A stretch of 62,838 bases of DNA, the filler included, from Nemertoderma westbladi (Eukaryota > Animalia > Xenacoelomorpha), in the NCBI GenBank assembly GCA_032718475.1. It is 4 parts of 4 records of this genome, joined end to end, with 100 filler letters (N's around TTAATTAATTAA, not from the genome) between each part and the next. Parts side by side here need not be neighbours in the genome. Positions count along the whole stretch, not along the records: positions 1 to 18,698 come from JAUCBJ010000430.1; 3 more parts are not named here. The stretch is one strand, 5' to 3'. The notes beneath the pieces are model-generated. The model saw only the letters and a program-made list of their open reading frames with translations, was not told the origin of the DNA and made no database searches. The translations under genes were made by a program, and so were the position numbers. Positions 1-10,922 of this stretch are shown here, in pieces. The stretch's first letter is position 1, and each line of letters starts with the position of its first letter.

Positions 1-2469
1 TTCCAAGCACTCGATGAGGAATCTAAGTTTCTCTCCATTAGATAGTACAGAGTTCTGTATGTTATCTTTGTAATATTCATTAAAAGGTAACCATTTCATC
101 TCATCTCCATTGAACTTGACGATCTCTCCCACCTTTACCGCTTGCCGGGCTTCGGTTCTAGCCATTTGACGCGTAAAACTTTCTTGGGCCATCGTGTTGT
201 TTAATATCGAGTTATCGGTATATAAATTTTTCGGATTATGATCAGGTCTATAGGGAATGTCATTATCAACAGGTCTATAATTACCCTTAATAGGGTTCAC
301 TATAGGAGTTTCTACTTCGCTAGCAGTATATATGCGTGTAGGCTCAACACCTTGCGCATGAGATACTTCAGACCTAACAGGTTGACACATTGTTACCGAG
401 GGTGGTGGTATACCCCTTTTTGTATTTACTAATTTATCGTGTTCTAGCGCGATACTTTGCTGCACTTCTTGCAACTCAAGCCTACTTTCCCTTACTGTGC
501 CCTTGAATTGCTGAACAGTCTCCTGCATCTGCCCGAGCAGGAGATCCATCCCCCGCCGTCTCTCGTCCACCCATTCGACCGCCGAAGCGGGAGTCGCCAA
601 CGTTGTAGCGGGCGGACGAGGGACAACGGGCGACAAATCATGGATATTTCGCTCGGGGTCCAGGACCTGAACTGTCTCCTGGGCAGTTCTACTGGGCACA
701 GGTAGCTTAGTGCTATGCAGAGGGAATTTAGAGGTAGCTTCAGGGAGCACAGGTGTGTCTATCACCGTAGGGGTGATTTCAAGAACAGGCCTAATTATTT
801 CAGGCTCATCTACTATAGTAGGGAGTCTTTCTATTTTAATTATTTGGTCTGTAGGCTCTGTACTACCTAAGTTAGTGTTATTTAGTTGCCTTCTAACAGC
901 TGGAGGCAAATCAGGCAATTTCTGACGGTGGAATGTTCTTTTACGTCTGCTTAGACGAGATCTATTTCCCTTGCCTTCAGTATCGGTGGTATCGCCTTCC
1001 TCAGATGATGTATATCCCTGTCTTTTGGGAGTAGATCGATTCATCATCTGCATATTACTAGCTGTTAACTGTTTATTTATGCAGTCTTGATTCTCCTGAA
1101 TGTTTTCCAATTCTAATTGGGTGGTTTCTTCAGTCGCTCTCCGTTCTGCTTCTGCTACTGCCTCTGCCGCCTTTCTTTCAGCTTCGGCCGCTTTTGCTTC
1201 TGCCGCTGCCGCTGCCGCTGCCGCTTTTGCCTCTGCCGCTGCTTCTGCCGCTGCCGCTTTTCTTTCTGCTTCTGCAGCTACCACTGCTGCTTTCTTTCTG
1301 TCTTCTATACGTTTTTTCTTTACTTGTTCTTCTTGGACTCGTGTCAGGCGGAGTTGTTCATCAAATTTAGCCTGATTCGCAGCCCTCATTTCCACATCGA
1401 TGGCATCCAACACACGCTGAGTTCCTTCGCTATTAGGGCTAAGTCCATCTAACCTTCTCCTCAACTCGTCATCACCTAAAAAACGTTCATAGTCTGACAG
1501 ATAGATGTCAATGGCATCCCTCTTATGCGGCTTCTCTGCCGTCGCTTCACTTTCCTCTTGGGAAAAAGTAGCGTCTGTTGATTCTCCATGGGTTGAGCGC
1601 TCCTCCAGCTGAGCTTTCCACTGAGCTGTTCCTTGAACCTGGCGACTCACCCGTTGAAACCAAGTCTTTACGGCAACTTGCAACGACGTGTCTTGTCTTC
1701 TTTTAGAAGCCTCTTCAAAGGCTGATAATATTAGCCTGATTCGCAGAATTCTTTCTCTAACTTGATAAAGCAGTTGTCCCTGCTCTTGAGGTCCTTGAGG
1801 TTGTTGTAACAGTTGTTTTTCTACTCGCTCCATAGAGCTGAAGAATCCCTGTGCGTATCCGGCTGCGGACCTCTTCCACACAGCTGGATCGATGGTTTCC
1901 TTGGCTACTCCCATCCGGTGTATGTCTTCCCAGGCAGCTTCTGATAAATCAAACGGGAGTCCGGGTCCGGGGAAGTTCCATTGCGACTCGACCATGGACT
2001 TCAGTTCTTCCCTTGTGTATCCCGCATAACTATCTTTAGTTGAGCGTTTACTTCTCGCCCAATCGATCTGATGTTCTTCCACAGCGATCAATAACCTAGT
2101 GAGTACGGCTGCAGGAAGGATGAGAAGAGGATCCGAATAAACCGCATCCGTCATCCTTGCTCCGCGCTCGGGTGTCAGTTCTACAGTATCTTCACTACTG
2201 GAGCTGTCGGGCCGCTGAGAAATAATTTCTTGGCTCACGGGTTGTTGCTGTTCCGCTGCTTCTTGGTCCCGCTTGACCTGAGCTCGAGTGCCTATGATAG
2301 ACCTACGATGTTGGACCAGCCTAGGTTCTGTTATTACTACAGGAGGGATGACCTTCCTCACAGTGGGAGGTGAACTGAACTTACGACTAGACGGTTCTAC
2401 GCCTCTATCTGAGTCGCAGATAGTTACATCTAATAAACTATCGGACAGGTTCTGCTTAGTATCAGACAT
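1..2469 (-). CDS. BEL/Pao LTR-retrotransposon Gag (DUF1759-like) ORF, runs off the left window edge
   Basis: ATG at 2469 (MSDTKQNLSD...) is in the same frame as position 1. The last codons read GEIVKFNGDEMKWLPFNEYYKDNIQNSVLSNGEKLRFLIECLE, which fits the BEL Gag pattern F.G....W..F...F...I.....LS..EKL..L...L. Ala/Glu/Lys coiled coil near 1130-1320. Probably absent from the ORF track because there is no stop in the window; I spot-checked the frame only. No LTR was pinpointed. Confidence 0.8.
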   Translation of the reverse strand, partial: MSDTKQNLSDSLLDVTICDSDRGVEPSSRKFSSPPTVRKVIPPVVITEPRLVQHRRSIIGTRAQVKRDQEAAEQQQPVSQEIISQRPDSSSSEDTVELTPERGARMTDAVYSDPLLILPAAVLTRLLIAVEEHQIDWARSKRSTKDSYAGYTREELKSMVESQWNFPGPGLPFDLSEAAWEDIHRMGVAKETIDPAVWKRSAAGYAQGFFSSMERVEKQLLQQPQGPQEQGQLLYQVRERILRIRLILSAFEEASKRRQDTSLQVAVKTWFQRVSRQVQGTAQWKAQLEERSTHGESTDATFSQEESEATAEKPHKRDAIDIYLSDYERFLGDDELRRRLDGLSPNSEGTQRVLDAIDVEMRAANQAKFDEQLRLTRVQEEQVKKKRIEDRKKAAVVAAEAERKAAAAEAAAEAKAAAAAAAAEAKAAEAERKAAEAVAEAERRATEETTQLELENIQENQDCINKQLTASNMQMMNRSTPKRQGYTSSEEGDTTDTEGKGNRSRLSRRKRTFHRQKLPDLPPAVRRQLNNTNLGSTEPTDQIIKIERLPTIVDEPEIIRPVLEITPTVIDTPVLPEATSKFPLHSTKLPVPSRTAQETVQVLDPERNIHDLSPVVPRPPATTLATPASAVEWVDERRRGMDLLLGQMQETVQQFKGTVRESRLELQEVQQSIALEHDKLVNTKRGIPPPSVTMCQPVRSEVSHAQGVEPTRIYTASEVETPIVNPIKGNYRPVDNDIPYRPDHNPKNLYTDNSILNNTMAQESFTRQMARTEARQAVKVGEIVKFNGDEMKWLPFNEYYKDNIQNSVLSNGEKLRFLIECLE

Positions 2470-2606
2470 GTTTATGTGTACAGTTGAATGTCTACTGCTG
2501 TATTACAGTCTGAGCAAGTCTAGTAACTCAGTATTAACTGCTAGCCTAGTAATTAATTACCGATACTGCTACTCAGTGTAGCGTGATATATATATAATAT
2601 ATTAGA

Positions 2607-2852
2607 ATACCGGTATGCTTATAGTATATATAACTATATAAGTATTATTACAGACTAGGTTTATCACAGAATACTGGTATAATTTTAGCACAAAGATATA
2701 TAAATATATAATAGACCTATCGGGAATACCGGTATACAGCTTACAGTTTGTAGTATATATCATTCTGGATTAGAATTAATTACAAGTACCGGTATAATTT
2801 CAGCCTAAATTTATAGAAATAAAGATAATAGGCCTATCGTAAATACCGGTAT
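2607..2852. repeat. Five palindromic (A/G)TAC(C/T)GGTAT motifs spaced 55-64 bp apart in the BEL leader
   Basis: Motifs at 2607, 2671, 2726, 2786 and 2843. Intervals 2 and 4 resemble each other, suggesting a degenerate ~115-bp higher-order duplication. Confidence 0.6.
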
Positions 2853-3794
2853 ATCAATTATTTTAAATAATTGAATTTCTGAATTTTAGGGTTACTTGGT
2901 TACTTTACTTACCTTTATTACCGTTATTTGAGCAGTAATCCAACTGATATTGAGACCTAATGGTTGTATGGTAGGCCTACTATTTATAAATCGTTAGATT
3001 TGATTTATAATATATATATTCCCGTTTTAATGGGTTTTGTCGATGTTTGAAATAAATGTTATTATTTCTGGGGAGTAATCACTACACAAAGCGGTGCGCT
3101 TTCAGTGAAGTGTTACTTATAGGACACTAAAACAAATAATGCTAATTTACCTAAGTTACTTAATACTACCAATTACTTACAATTCGGGTGAGATTACAAT
3201 CTCTAAATAAACACAAAAATTTACAAAAAACACAAAATACGAATTTTCAGGGTAATTTTACAAGAAGTCTACAAACCAGCCTAACAAAGGGTTAGAAATC
3301 TGGTTATTACAACGGACAGGGTACTGCGGTATTTGAAAATAATACGTAGTAGTAAATACACTGCGTTGTCCAGATAGGAAAATACCACCGCCTGACGACC
3401 TATAGCCGTATCGCTATAGGTACTACGTTATGTATCACGGAGTGTTCCTACCTAGAAGTTAATAGAGCTAATCGAACGTGCCTATCAACCACTTTACAAC
3501 ACAAATATAATGTCTACACTAATTACTTTCGGAAAGCACTGTACACTAAACCCTAAATTAGGTACGAGTACTTGTACAACATATAATCAGTAGTTAAATA
3601 TACTTGAACAGCTAAAAGAACCACGGCATCTGCTGGAGTGACCGGTGCACAAAATCACCAGTCTTTACCTACGCCAAGCAGCCCGTGTAGTACCGGGGTT
3701 AATTTAACTATAGCGGTATGTATAACAAACACAATTATTGTAGGAACAAACTTGGGGAATGAATGTTGCGAATAATCGCATAAACTTTGAATAA

Positions 3795-4361
3795 TAAATA
3801 TTACGCTACGCGTACAAACCACTCAAACAAAATGCAGACCAAATACTGACAGACTACTATCAAGCCTAAATAAACTACAGGACATGCAGACTCCGAAATG
3901 ATTAGGTAGTATGCGTTCTAACCCAGTAGCACGACTTATTCTTTAGTTGGGGGTTTACCTTACAGCTTTGGCTGCCCCTACTTCCTAACCGTTCTTTATC
4001 GGACAGAGGCTCTACACACACTGCAATCCGTTCAGACCTAATAACAGCCAGACAACTATCCAGCCTACAAATTATCTAAATAAATATTATACGCTACCTG
4101 TACAGACTACACAAACAAAGTACAGACTAAACGATGGCAGACTACTCTCAAGCCTAAATAAACTACAGGACATGCAGACTCCGAAATGATTAGGTAGTAT
4201 GCGTTCTAACCCAGTAGTACGACTTATTCTTTAGTTGGGGGTTTACCTTACAGCTTTGGCTGCCCCTACTTCCTAACCGTTCTTTATCGGACAGGTGATC
4301 TACACACACTGCAATCCGTTCAGACTTAACAGCAATCAGACAACAGCCCAGCCTACAAATT
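3795..4361. repeat. 288-bp direct tandem duplication upstream of the BEL gag
   Basis: GACATGCAGACTCCGAAATGATTAGGTAG... occurs at 3881 and 4169. The core is near-identical and the edges are diverged. Confidence 0.9.
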
Positions 4362-5334
4362 GTCTGTACAATATGATCAGGCTTACACGCCTTCTGTTCA
4401 ATACTGGCTTACAAATAAATAAAACTGACAGAAATAAGTAAGCTCAAAAAGAAACAAGGGGTGTACAGTCCCTAATCTCTTAAACAGCCTACCGGTATAC
4501 AATAATCAAATCGAATAATACTAATGTACTTATACGGGAAGTACCGGTTAGGACAGTTGGGCCTACGGACCTACAGAAGTACCGGTTCTGGCAGTTGGAC
4601 CTACGGGCCTACAGCAGTACCGGTTCTGGCAGTTGGGCCTACTGACCTACAGATGTACCGTTCAGGTTTACCGGTTTACCGGTTGACCGGTACTTTCAAC
4701 TTTATTGCTTACTGCAATAAAGAAGCAATATCCGTTATTGTTCGCGCTTTCAGACCTTTGGCAGTTTAACCCGCCAAATTAGGATGTCTTTTAGATAATA
4801 AATCACTTTTAGCCTCTGACAAGTATTTGATTCACTACACTAGTCGAAACCAATCTGTGCGCGATTATTCACCCGCTGGATATACCCGGGAGATTGGGTT
4901 CGACGGCTTAATCTTATTGCTATGTAAGCCTAATGTATTATTCGACTGACAGTATTATATAATCTCTGACAATATTATTCACCTTCGGGGAATATTAACA
5001 GTTCCTTTAGGACGTGGCGCTCTATCTATAAAAACAGAGTTATGACTTAAACTACTCACAACGATATGGCTTAGTTATAATTCACATATATGGCGCATTC
5101 TTTAGGAAATGCTTCGTTATCAGTCTCACTCATACACAATGCTGCACAATACTGCACACTAATCTGCCGATCTTCACTGATTTTAGTCACATATAAAAGG
5201 AACACAGACCGACTCATGTAGGGTCTATCAAATAACATTAGATTCACTTCAAACCACTTTAACATAAGTCACAATCGTTATATGTAACCTTTCTCTCTTA
5301 CCTTCGGTATATCAAGAATATTGGGTTTTCGGGG

Positions 5335-5913
5335 TTATTTATCGTTATTCCAAATATAATAATTCATCAACCATATTATGAAGAACCGACAGTAAATAGC
5401 AGTATAACAATATAAAAGTATGCACAGGTATATTAGATTAGGTATGTTGCGTTGATTGAGTATGGGCCAGTTAACCAGTGGCCAGTGAGACATTAAGTGT
5501 TGATAACGGATATATGTCCTTATAATTAAGCCTACTAGTGTTAGGCTAAAACAGAAAAGCACAAAATATTCCCAAGCCGCTCTCTCCTGGCTCAGGACAG
5601 AATGTAAACACTGCCCATAACGCATTGCGTGATTTCTAGGAAATTTCTGTACAAGAGCCATAAAAATGCTCTGATTGGCTGACTGAACTGAGAGACGCCG
5701 TAGAACAAAGAAAATCAACACGTATGAATATCAGCTGTTAACCGTCGTCATATTAACTACTGTTCAAGAGTAGCTATCACCTTTTGCGTCACGGAATTGC
5801 CATAGAATCATCAACTATGCCTTCCACAGTACACATACGGAGGAAATAGCTCTTAGATCCTCTAAAAAACACCGATACAGTAATAATACGGTCTCTTACA
5901 CCTATTAAATCAA
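5335..5913 (-). pseudogene. iGluR-like gene, degenerate S2 and M4 region
   Basis: DLIGVRDRIITVSVFFRGSKSYFLRMCTVEGIVDDSMAIP* resembles S2, with TGA at 5791-5789. ORF 5335-5721 MALVQKF...GQCLHSVLSQERAAWEYFVLFCFSLTLVGLIIRTY resembles the S2 end plus M4. Stops and a phase mismatch are present. Confidence 0.45.
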
Positions 5914-6001
5914 CTACAGAGTATTTTAATGTAAAAGATAATAAAAATAACGGGGCAATTCAGCAAAGGCTTTTACAAAATGGCTTGCCCCTTCTACTTA
6001 C

Positions 6002-6480
6002 TCTGTAATCAGATAGAATATCCTCGGAGAATATGACAGCCCACTCGGCTCTTCGTCTCATTAGCGTCCCTAGTAACCAAGCCATGTACGTTTGAACTAT
6101 AAAGAAGCAAACTGAGCACCAAATAAACCACAAGATGGCGCTCGACAAATTCCTTGGCAGTAGGCCATCAGGTAGGGAGGGGTGGAAGAACCCAGCTACC
6201 GAGTTGTAATAACAACGGGAGAGAGACCAGGACGAAGAGCTGGGCGGGTTAGTTACATTGCGTCTCCGGGGCAACCGGCGTTGTGAATAGGGACTGAAGG
6301 TTTCGGCGAACCAGAGGGAGACCACGTATAGGTGGACGAGCACGGCGAGTAACCAATAGAAAGACTGGGAATGAGCAAATAGAGATATAGAGGAAACTGG
6401 GCGACCGGATCGGGTTATTGCTACAATAGGGCTGTCGTGGAACCAATCAGAATGTGTTATATTGTTATTATTGGTTGATC
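6002..6480 (-). CDS. iGluR-like exon: end of S1, M1, M2 and M3
   Basis: Acceptor tttttttag|GA and donor AGA|gtaagt. Translates GSTNNNNITHSDWFHDSPIVAITRSGRPVSSISLFAHSQSFYWLLAVLVHLYVVSLWFAETFSPYS...LPRNLSSAILWFIWCSVCFFIVQTYMAWLLGTLM, aligning by eye with iGluR ERFSPYE and PRSLSGRI..VWWFF.LII.SSYTANLAAFL. Confidence 0.8.
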
Positions 6481-6958
6481 CTAAAAAAAATAAAATAAAT
6501 TTTAAAGTAATTTATTTTCTTGTAATGAAATATTTCTTAAAATTCAACTAAGTGAGAAAGCAACACCAGTATTATTAGCCACCCAATCTAGGGAATATTT
6601 TATAAATAGCATAACTATCTAAGTCGCTTGTCAATTAGTCAATAATATCTAGACCTTCTATTCTTTAATAAAAAATAATGGTTTTCAGGTTTTTTATCCA
6701 CTTTTGGAAAATATAAATGAATTAAGCTCTCATAATACATGTTAATCATAATCATTTTATTTTAAATAAACAATGTATAATTTTAGTGTAAAATCACAAC
6801 CACTAAGTTATATTTATTTAAATATCGAAACATTGAATTGTGTTCGTGGTGACAGGGTGATGTGAGAGATGATAGGCCTATGTGAATGATATAGTGAATG
6901 GCTGTATCATCTTGATATGCGAGTATTCAGTCAGTTGCCAATATTAAAAAAAACTTAC

Positions 6959-7150
6959 CAAAATATCCAACTGCAAGGTCTACCGTCCCCCTACTAACGA
7001 CCTCCTGGAATTCGGAATCAGAACGAGGGAACAGATGCAATAATATTGTGTGATTGACAGACAAAAGTTCAAATAAAAATTCCGGAATAATCCCAGTACA
7101 ACATCCAGATCCAGTACCATTGCTTGGAAGAGAACGCCATGAACCACCAC
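6959..7150 (-). CDS. iGluR-like exon: S1 ligand-binding segment
   Basis: ttgtag|GT ... TTTG|gtaag; 192 nt, phase 1 to phase 1. Encodes GCCTGIIPEFLFELL...SRGTVDLAVGYF (compare NMDA CC.G.CIDLL and G.ADLAV). Confidence 0.8.
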
Positions 7151-8717
7151 CTACAATTAAAAGTAACAAATTAACATAAATAATAAAGATCTAAAAAATG
7201 TCGGTGTTCGTGTAGGCCCTATTATAAAGATAATAATTTACAACTTAATTTATGTCCAAAGTTGTTCGTCTATTGTACAGTAATTAATAAACGATTCCAC
7301 CATTCCACGAAATGGAAATTGGCATAAGGTGTGTTGTGAAGTAGGCCTACAGGTTACAGTGACACGTTATTCTAACCAAAACAATACACGAAAGTCAATA
7401 TAGCCTGTTTCAGTTTTATTTTGGAAGTAATCAGCTGTTATTTGCGTTGAAACCCCCCCCCATATCTGTAAAATAAATGCTATAATAATTAATTATGGTT
7501 ACCGGTACTTAATAGGCCTACTGTACTGTACCGATTAGCGCACCGGTACCACCCTAAACCGTTACCTGACTTATGCATTTGAACTTCCCACCAAATCAGT
7601 CCAACCATTCAAATCAAGAATTATCAAATGCGTTCTAGACAATTACTAGAAAGCCAGCAAGCTGGCTGGAAGGAGCCCGGGGGAAAAATCCTAGCCAAGA
7701 CTATTACAAAGAACTATGTCAGTCAGCAGTAAGTAAACTAAAATTGTCTAAACTGCAAGGCGTGAGGCTAGCTGACTTTGTGGCTCGCCCCACATAATAA
7801 AAAATGCAACTTAGCTACCACTAACAAAAATATAATATGAAGCAAATTTAAGCAAAATTATCAAGAACGTTTACAAGATATAAGATGCGATTACCGAATA
7901 TTTATAAAAAATGCCCATGATGCACAACCAGATAAATAACAACGAATAGAGCCAAATAACAAATTTAGTTTCCTTCTATAGGTATTACCCCGTCGTCAAG
8001 CGGAATATCTCTTCCCAGTGAATTCTATGTGAATATGTAATATAGGTACTCCTTAGGCGGTAGGCCAGAGCGAGCTCCTTAAATACATGCAACTACTGTA
8101 TTATAGTGTAGGTCAACTATAAAACATTTTGCAATCCACAGTGAGTATCGACTGCAATAGGACACAACACACTGCTTTGTGTAACTAAAATTCATTCTCC
8201 TGATCCACCCCCTAACATAGCAGAGTGAGTAACCTTATTGTAGATATACCCTTAGGAAGCACTGGGAGAGCAATCAGCTTATGGGGTAATACATTAGAAA
8301 CCAACAGCTTATGTGTGAGTAAACATTGCCTTTCCTTATAGCCTACTAGTAAAACTTGGCAACCAACACGTTTTTCTATGACTGTGTATAACATATTAAG
8401 CCATATTTCATCATGAACACCAGCTGTTATTTTACCATTGCTTTTAATTTCGCGACAAAACAATGTCAAAAAACTAAATATATCGAATACCACACATAGA
8501 ATCGATCTGAAATTTTGTAACGCGATTATGAACCACCAAAGCAATGTACTTGCAAAATTTCATCAAAATCGCCAGGCAGGAAGTGCCTTAACCTAGATAA
8601 TTATCAGTCAGTATGTCAGTCAGTCAGTCAGAGTAATGTATCCTGAGATCTTTACAGAAAGTATCCCTGAGATTCTTACAGTAAGTATCCCGCTGTCAAG
8701 CGGGCTCCTAATTACGT

Positions 8718-8797
8718 GCGCTCTTAATAATTATTAAGAGCGCTCTTAATAATTATTAAGAGCGCTCTTAATAATTGGCTAGAGCGCTCTTGATAAT
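8718..8797. repeat. Tandem 22-bp palindrome (GCGCTCTTAATAATTATTAAGA, ~3.5 copies), probably subterminal in a MITE
   Basis: Read directly. Followed by ATCCCTTTAGGGGCTCCGTA, which looks like a DNA-transposon end. Confidence 0.6.
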
Positions 8798-9020
8798 TTT
8801 TTTTCAAAATATCCCTTTAGGGGCTCCGTACTTTACAGACTCTTTATACCAACACCAAGAAATAGTATTTTCTTATACTGTATAACGTATATTTCAGCGC
8901 GGTAATCAAAATTGATATCGTGCCAAATTTCCCTAGACACAGTATTTATTTAATTTAAAAAATAGAAAAGAGATTGGAAACTACATTTTTATACATAATT
9001 TTAATAACTTTATACTTTAC

Positions 9021-9165
9021 CTTGTGGCCACAGTTGGTGCTGAATGCAGGCTATAGAAGTACCTAAGCACATCGTCTCACTGTTCTTTGCTGACGTGCTA
9101 TCTGCCTCTTGGTGAAATTGCACAAACGTGGGTTCATCAACAACAGCTACATTGATAAATTCTCC
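9021..9165 (-). CDS. iGluR-like exon: start of S1 with Cys-containing loop 1
   Basis: ttttcag|GGA ... CAAG|gtaaag; 145 nt, ends in phase 1 and splices in frame to 7150. Encodes GEFINVAVVDEPTFVQFHQEADSTSAKNSETMCLGTSIAC (compare GluN2 HLSIVTLEEAPFV...C....VPC). Confidence 0.75.
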
Positions 9166-9386
9166 CTGAAAATTGTAAAATATAACATACAATTTATTGA
9201 GCTGTAGAATTATATTTCATTCCTGCGATTAAAGAACCGTACAGTCAGACAGTAGCTCAACACATACTGGTAGGCTCATCAGCCTAAAAAAAACAATAAA
9301 TCACAGAAAAAAATGCTGACTTCCGTTGATTGATTATTGGTTTGGTTCCCCCAATCCGCATCTGAAACGTGCCCCTTTACCAGTTT

Positions 9387-9429
9387 ACTAACCTGCCTAC
9401 ATACAAAGTCAGAAAGTAGGCAGGTTAGT
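9387..9429. promoter_or_regulatory. Perfect 14-bp inverted repeat between head-to-head genes; each arm carries a splice donor
   Basis: ACTAACCTGCCTAC-15 nt-GTAGGCAGGTTAGT gives CAG|GTTAGT on both strands. ETS-like ACTTCCG at ~9319 and a candidate + acceptor at 9691-9692, just before the ATG at 9705. Confidence 0.45.
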
Positions 9430-9704
9430 GGAACATGTTCAGTTGTTGCATGTTGCAGTGGTGTGTTGCAGTGTTGTGTTATATTATAACTGTAGTTTAA
9501 CTGTAGTTTGATTTGAATGTACCAGTACCAGAGTACCGGTACCCCAGGGCCAGTACCCTGTTACTTACGAGTGTACACTGTACAGCTGTACAGGTATAGA
9601 TAGCCCTAACTGCCTAAGCCAGTAAGCCGACCTTCATTGCAGCATTGATCAGTTATTTCTGTATTTGTACAATAATTTGTCTGTCTGACCAGAAGTCATA
9701 AATT

Positions 9705-10922
9705 ATGGATAATTCTGAGAGCATCAACCCATTATTTACACTGTGTATTTCCAGACAAAGCTTTGAGGCTATTAGCGATTATAATCGTGACTTTGTTACA
9801 GCCTTCATTGAAGACTATCTTCGGAAGAACGATGGCTTTCTCTCTGACTTTGTACATGAATATTGCACTGCCCAAGAAATATGCCACTGGTTGACATTAA
9901 AAACCGATTCCCGCCGTAGTCAACATAGCCATGATAAAAGTGTATCTTTCCAAAACGGTCAACATTATCACAGAGATGATTTCATTTCAATAGAACCGAT
10001 AGGTCAACCGGTTAATTCATTAAATAGTGAGAAATGCAATAATGTTCATTTATTGGCTGACACAAATGTTCCTACTGGTATTGGGGTTAACGAGCAAGTT
10101 GGATTTCAGAATGACGCCACTCTTTTACCGGCACCCGTTGCCAATGATCCTACACTTAGTTACCCTACCGATAGCTGTGACTCTTTGCCCGCTCTCCCAG
10201 CCCCAGGGGAACATTACCAGAACGAAAACCAATATAATTACATGGATAGCTGCGAATTGGAAAGTCAATCTGAGTATCCAGAGTCTGACCTGCGATTACC
10301 CGCGGCGGTCTATCGGTCCGATTACATGGCGCTAGGTGGCGTCAAATTTCTGAAAGCGAAACGCGGTCGACCGCGCAAAATACCCATGAGACCGGAAATG
10401 GAAACCCGAGACGGACACAGACAGGGTAACTCCGCACCAATAACAGGCAAATCTGTAATTACTCAAACTAGTACCGGTACCACCGGTAGGCCTAATCCTG
10501 AGGTCAGAAAATTCGTGGCAATAGCCAGTAAATCCGCAACAATAACCTACGGTAGACCTATATCCACAGAATTAACTGATAGACCTAACTCTGCAAGTTC
10601 TGCGGCAATAACCGCGACAATAACCAATGAGTCTGCGGCAATAACCGGTAAAGCTTTGCCGCGACGACGCGGTCGACCGCCCCGGAACCGCGTCGACTCA
10701 GGGGGCGACGACCCCGATGAACCCGGCATCTGTTCCGCCACCCGCAGGAACCGCTACCTGAAACTCTACCAACCCGATCAGTACGACATAATTAAACGGA
10801 GAAATAACGCGATAATGCGACGGTACCGCGCCAAAATGAAGGTCGAGAGGCCGGATAAATACGAGGAGTATAAACTTCGGGTTAGGAGAAGTGGCCTTCT
10901 CAGGGGGCGGGACTCACATTAA
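9705..10922 (+). CDS. Intronless 405-aa putative DNA-binding protein: two AT-hooks and a C-terminal bZIP-like basic region
   Basis: AT-hooks KRGRPRK and RRRGRPPR; basic helix DQYDIIKRRNNAIMRRYRAKMK; N-terminal helical motif FIEDYLRKNDGFLSDFVHEYCTAQEICHWLTLK; AATAAA at ~11013. Confidence 0.75.
   Translation: MDNSESINPLFTLCISRQSFEAISDYNRDFVTAFIEDYLRKNDGFLSDFVHEYCTAQEICHWLTLKTDSRRSQHSHDKSVSFQNGQHYHRDDFISIEPIGQPVNSLNSEKCNNVHLLADTNVPTGIGVNEQVGFQNDATLLPAPVANDPTLSYPTDSCDSLPALPAPGEHYQNENQYNYMDSCELESQSEYPESDLRLPAAVYRSDYMALGGVKFLKAKRGRPRKIPMRPEMETRDGHRQGNSAPITGKSVITQTSTGTTGRPNPEVRKFVAIASKSATITYGRPISTELTDRPNSASSAAITATITNESAAITGKALPRRRGRPPRNRVDSGGDDPDEPGICSATRRNRYLKLYQPDQYDIIKRRNNAIMRRYRAKMKVERPDKYEEYKLRVRRSGLLRGRDSH

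Noticed and set aside
238-2581. Short + strand ORFs including poly-Ala and Cys/Arg-rich ones
   Set aside because: Antisense shadows of the BEL gag ORF.
2607-2852. CRISPR-like palindrome/spacer pattern
   Set aside because: The repeat is only 10 bp, the intervals resemble each other, and the same palindrome is common throughout the window.
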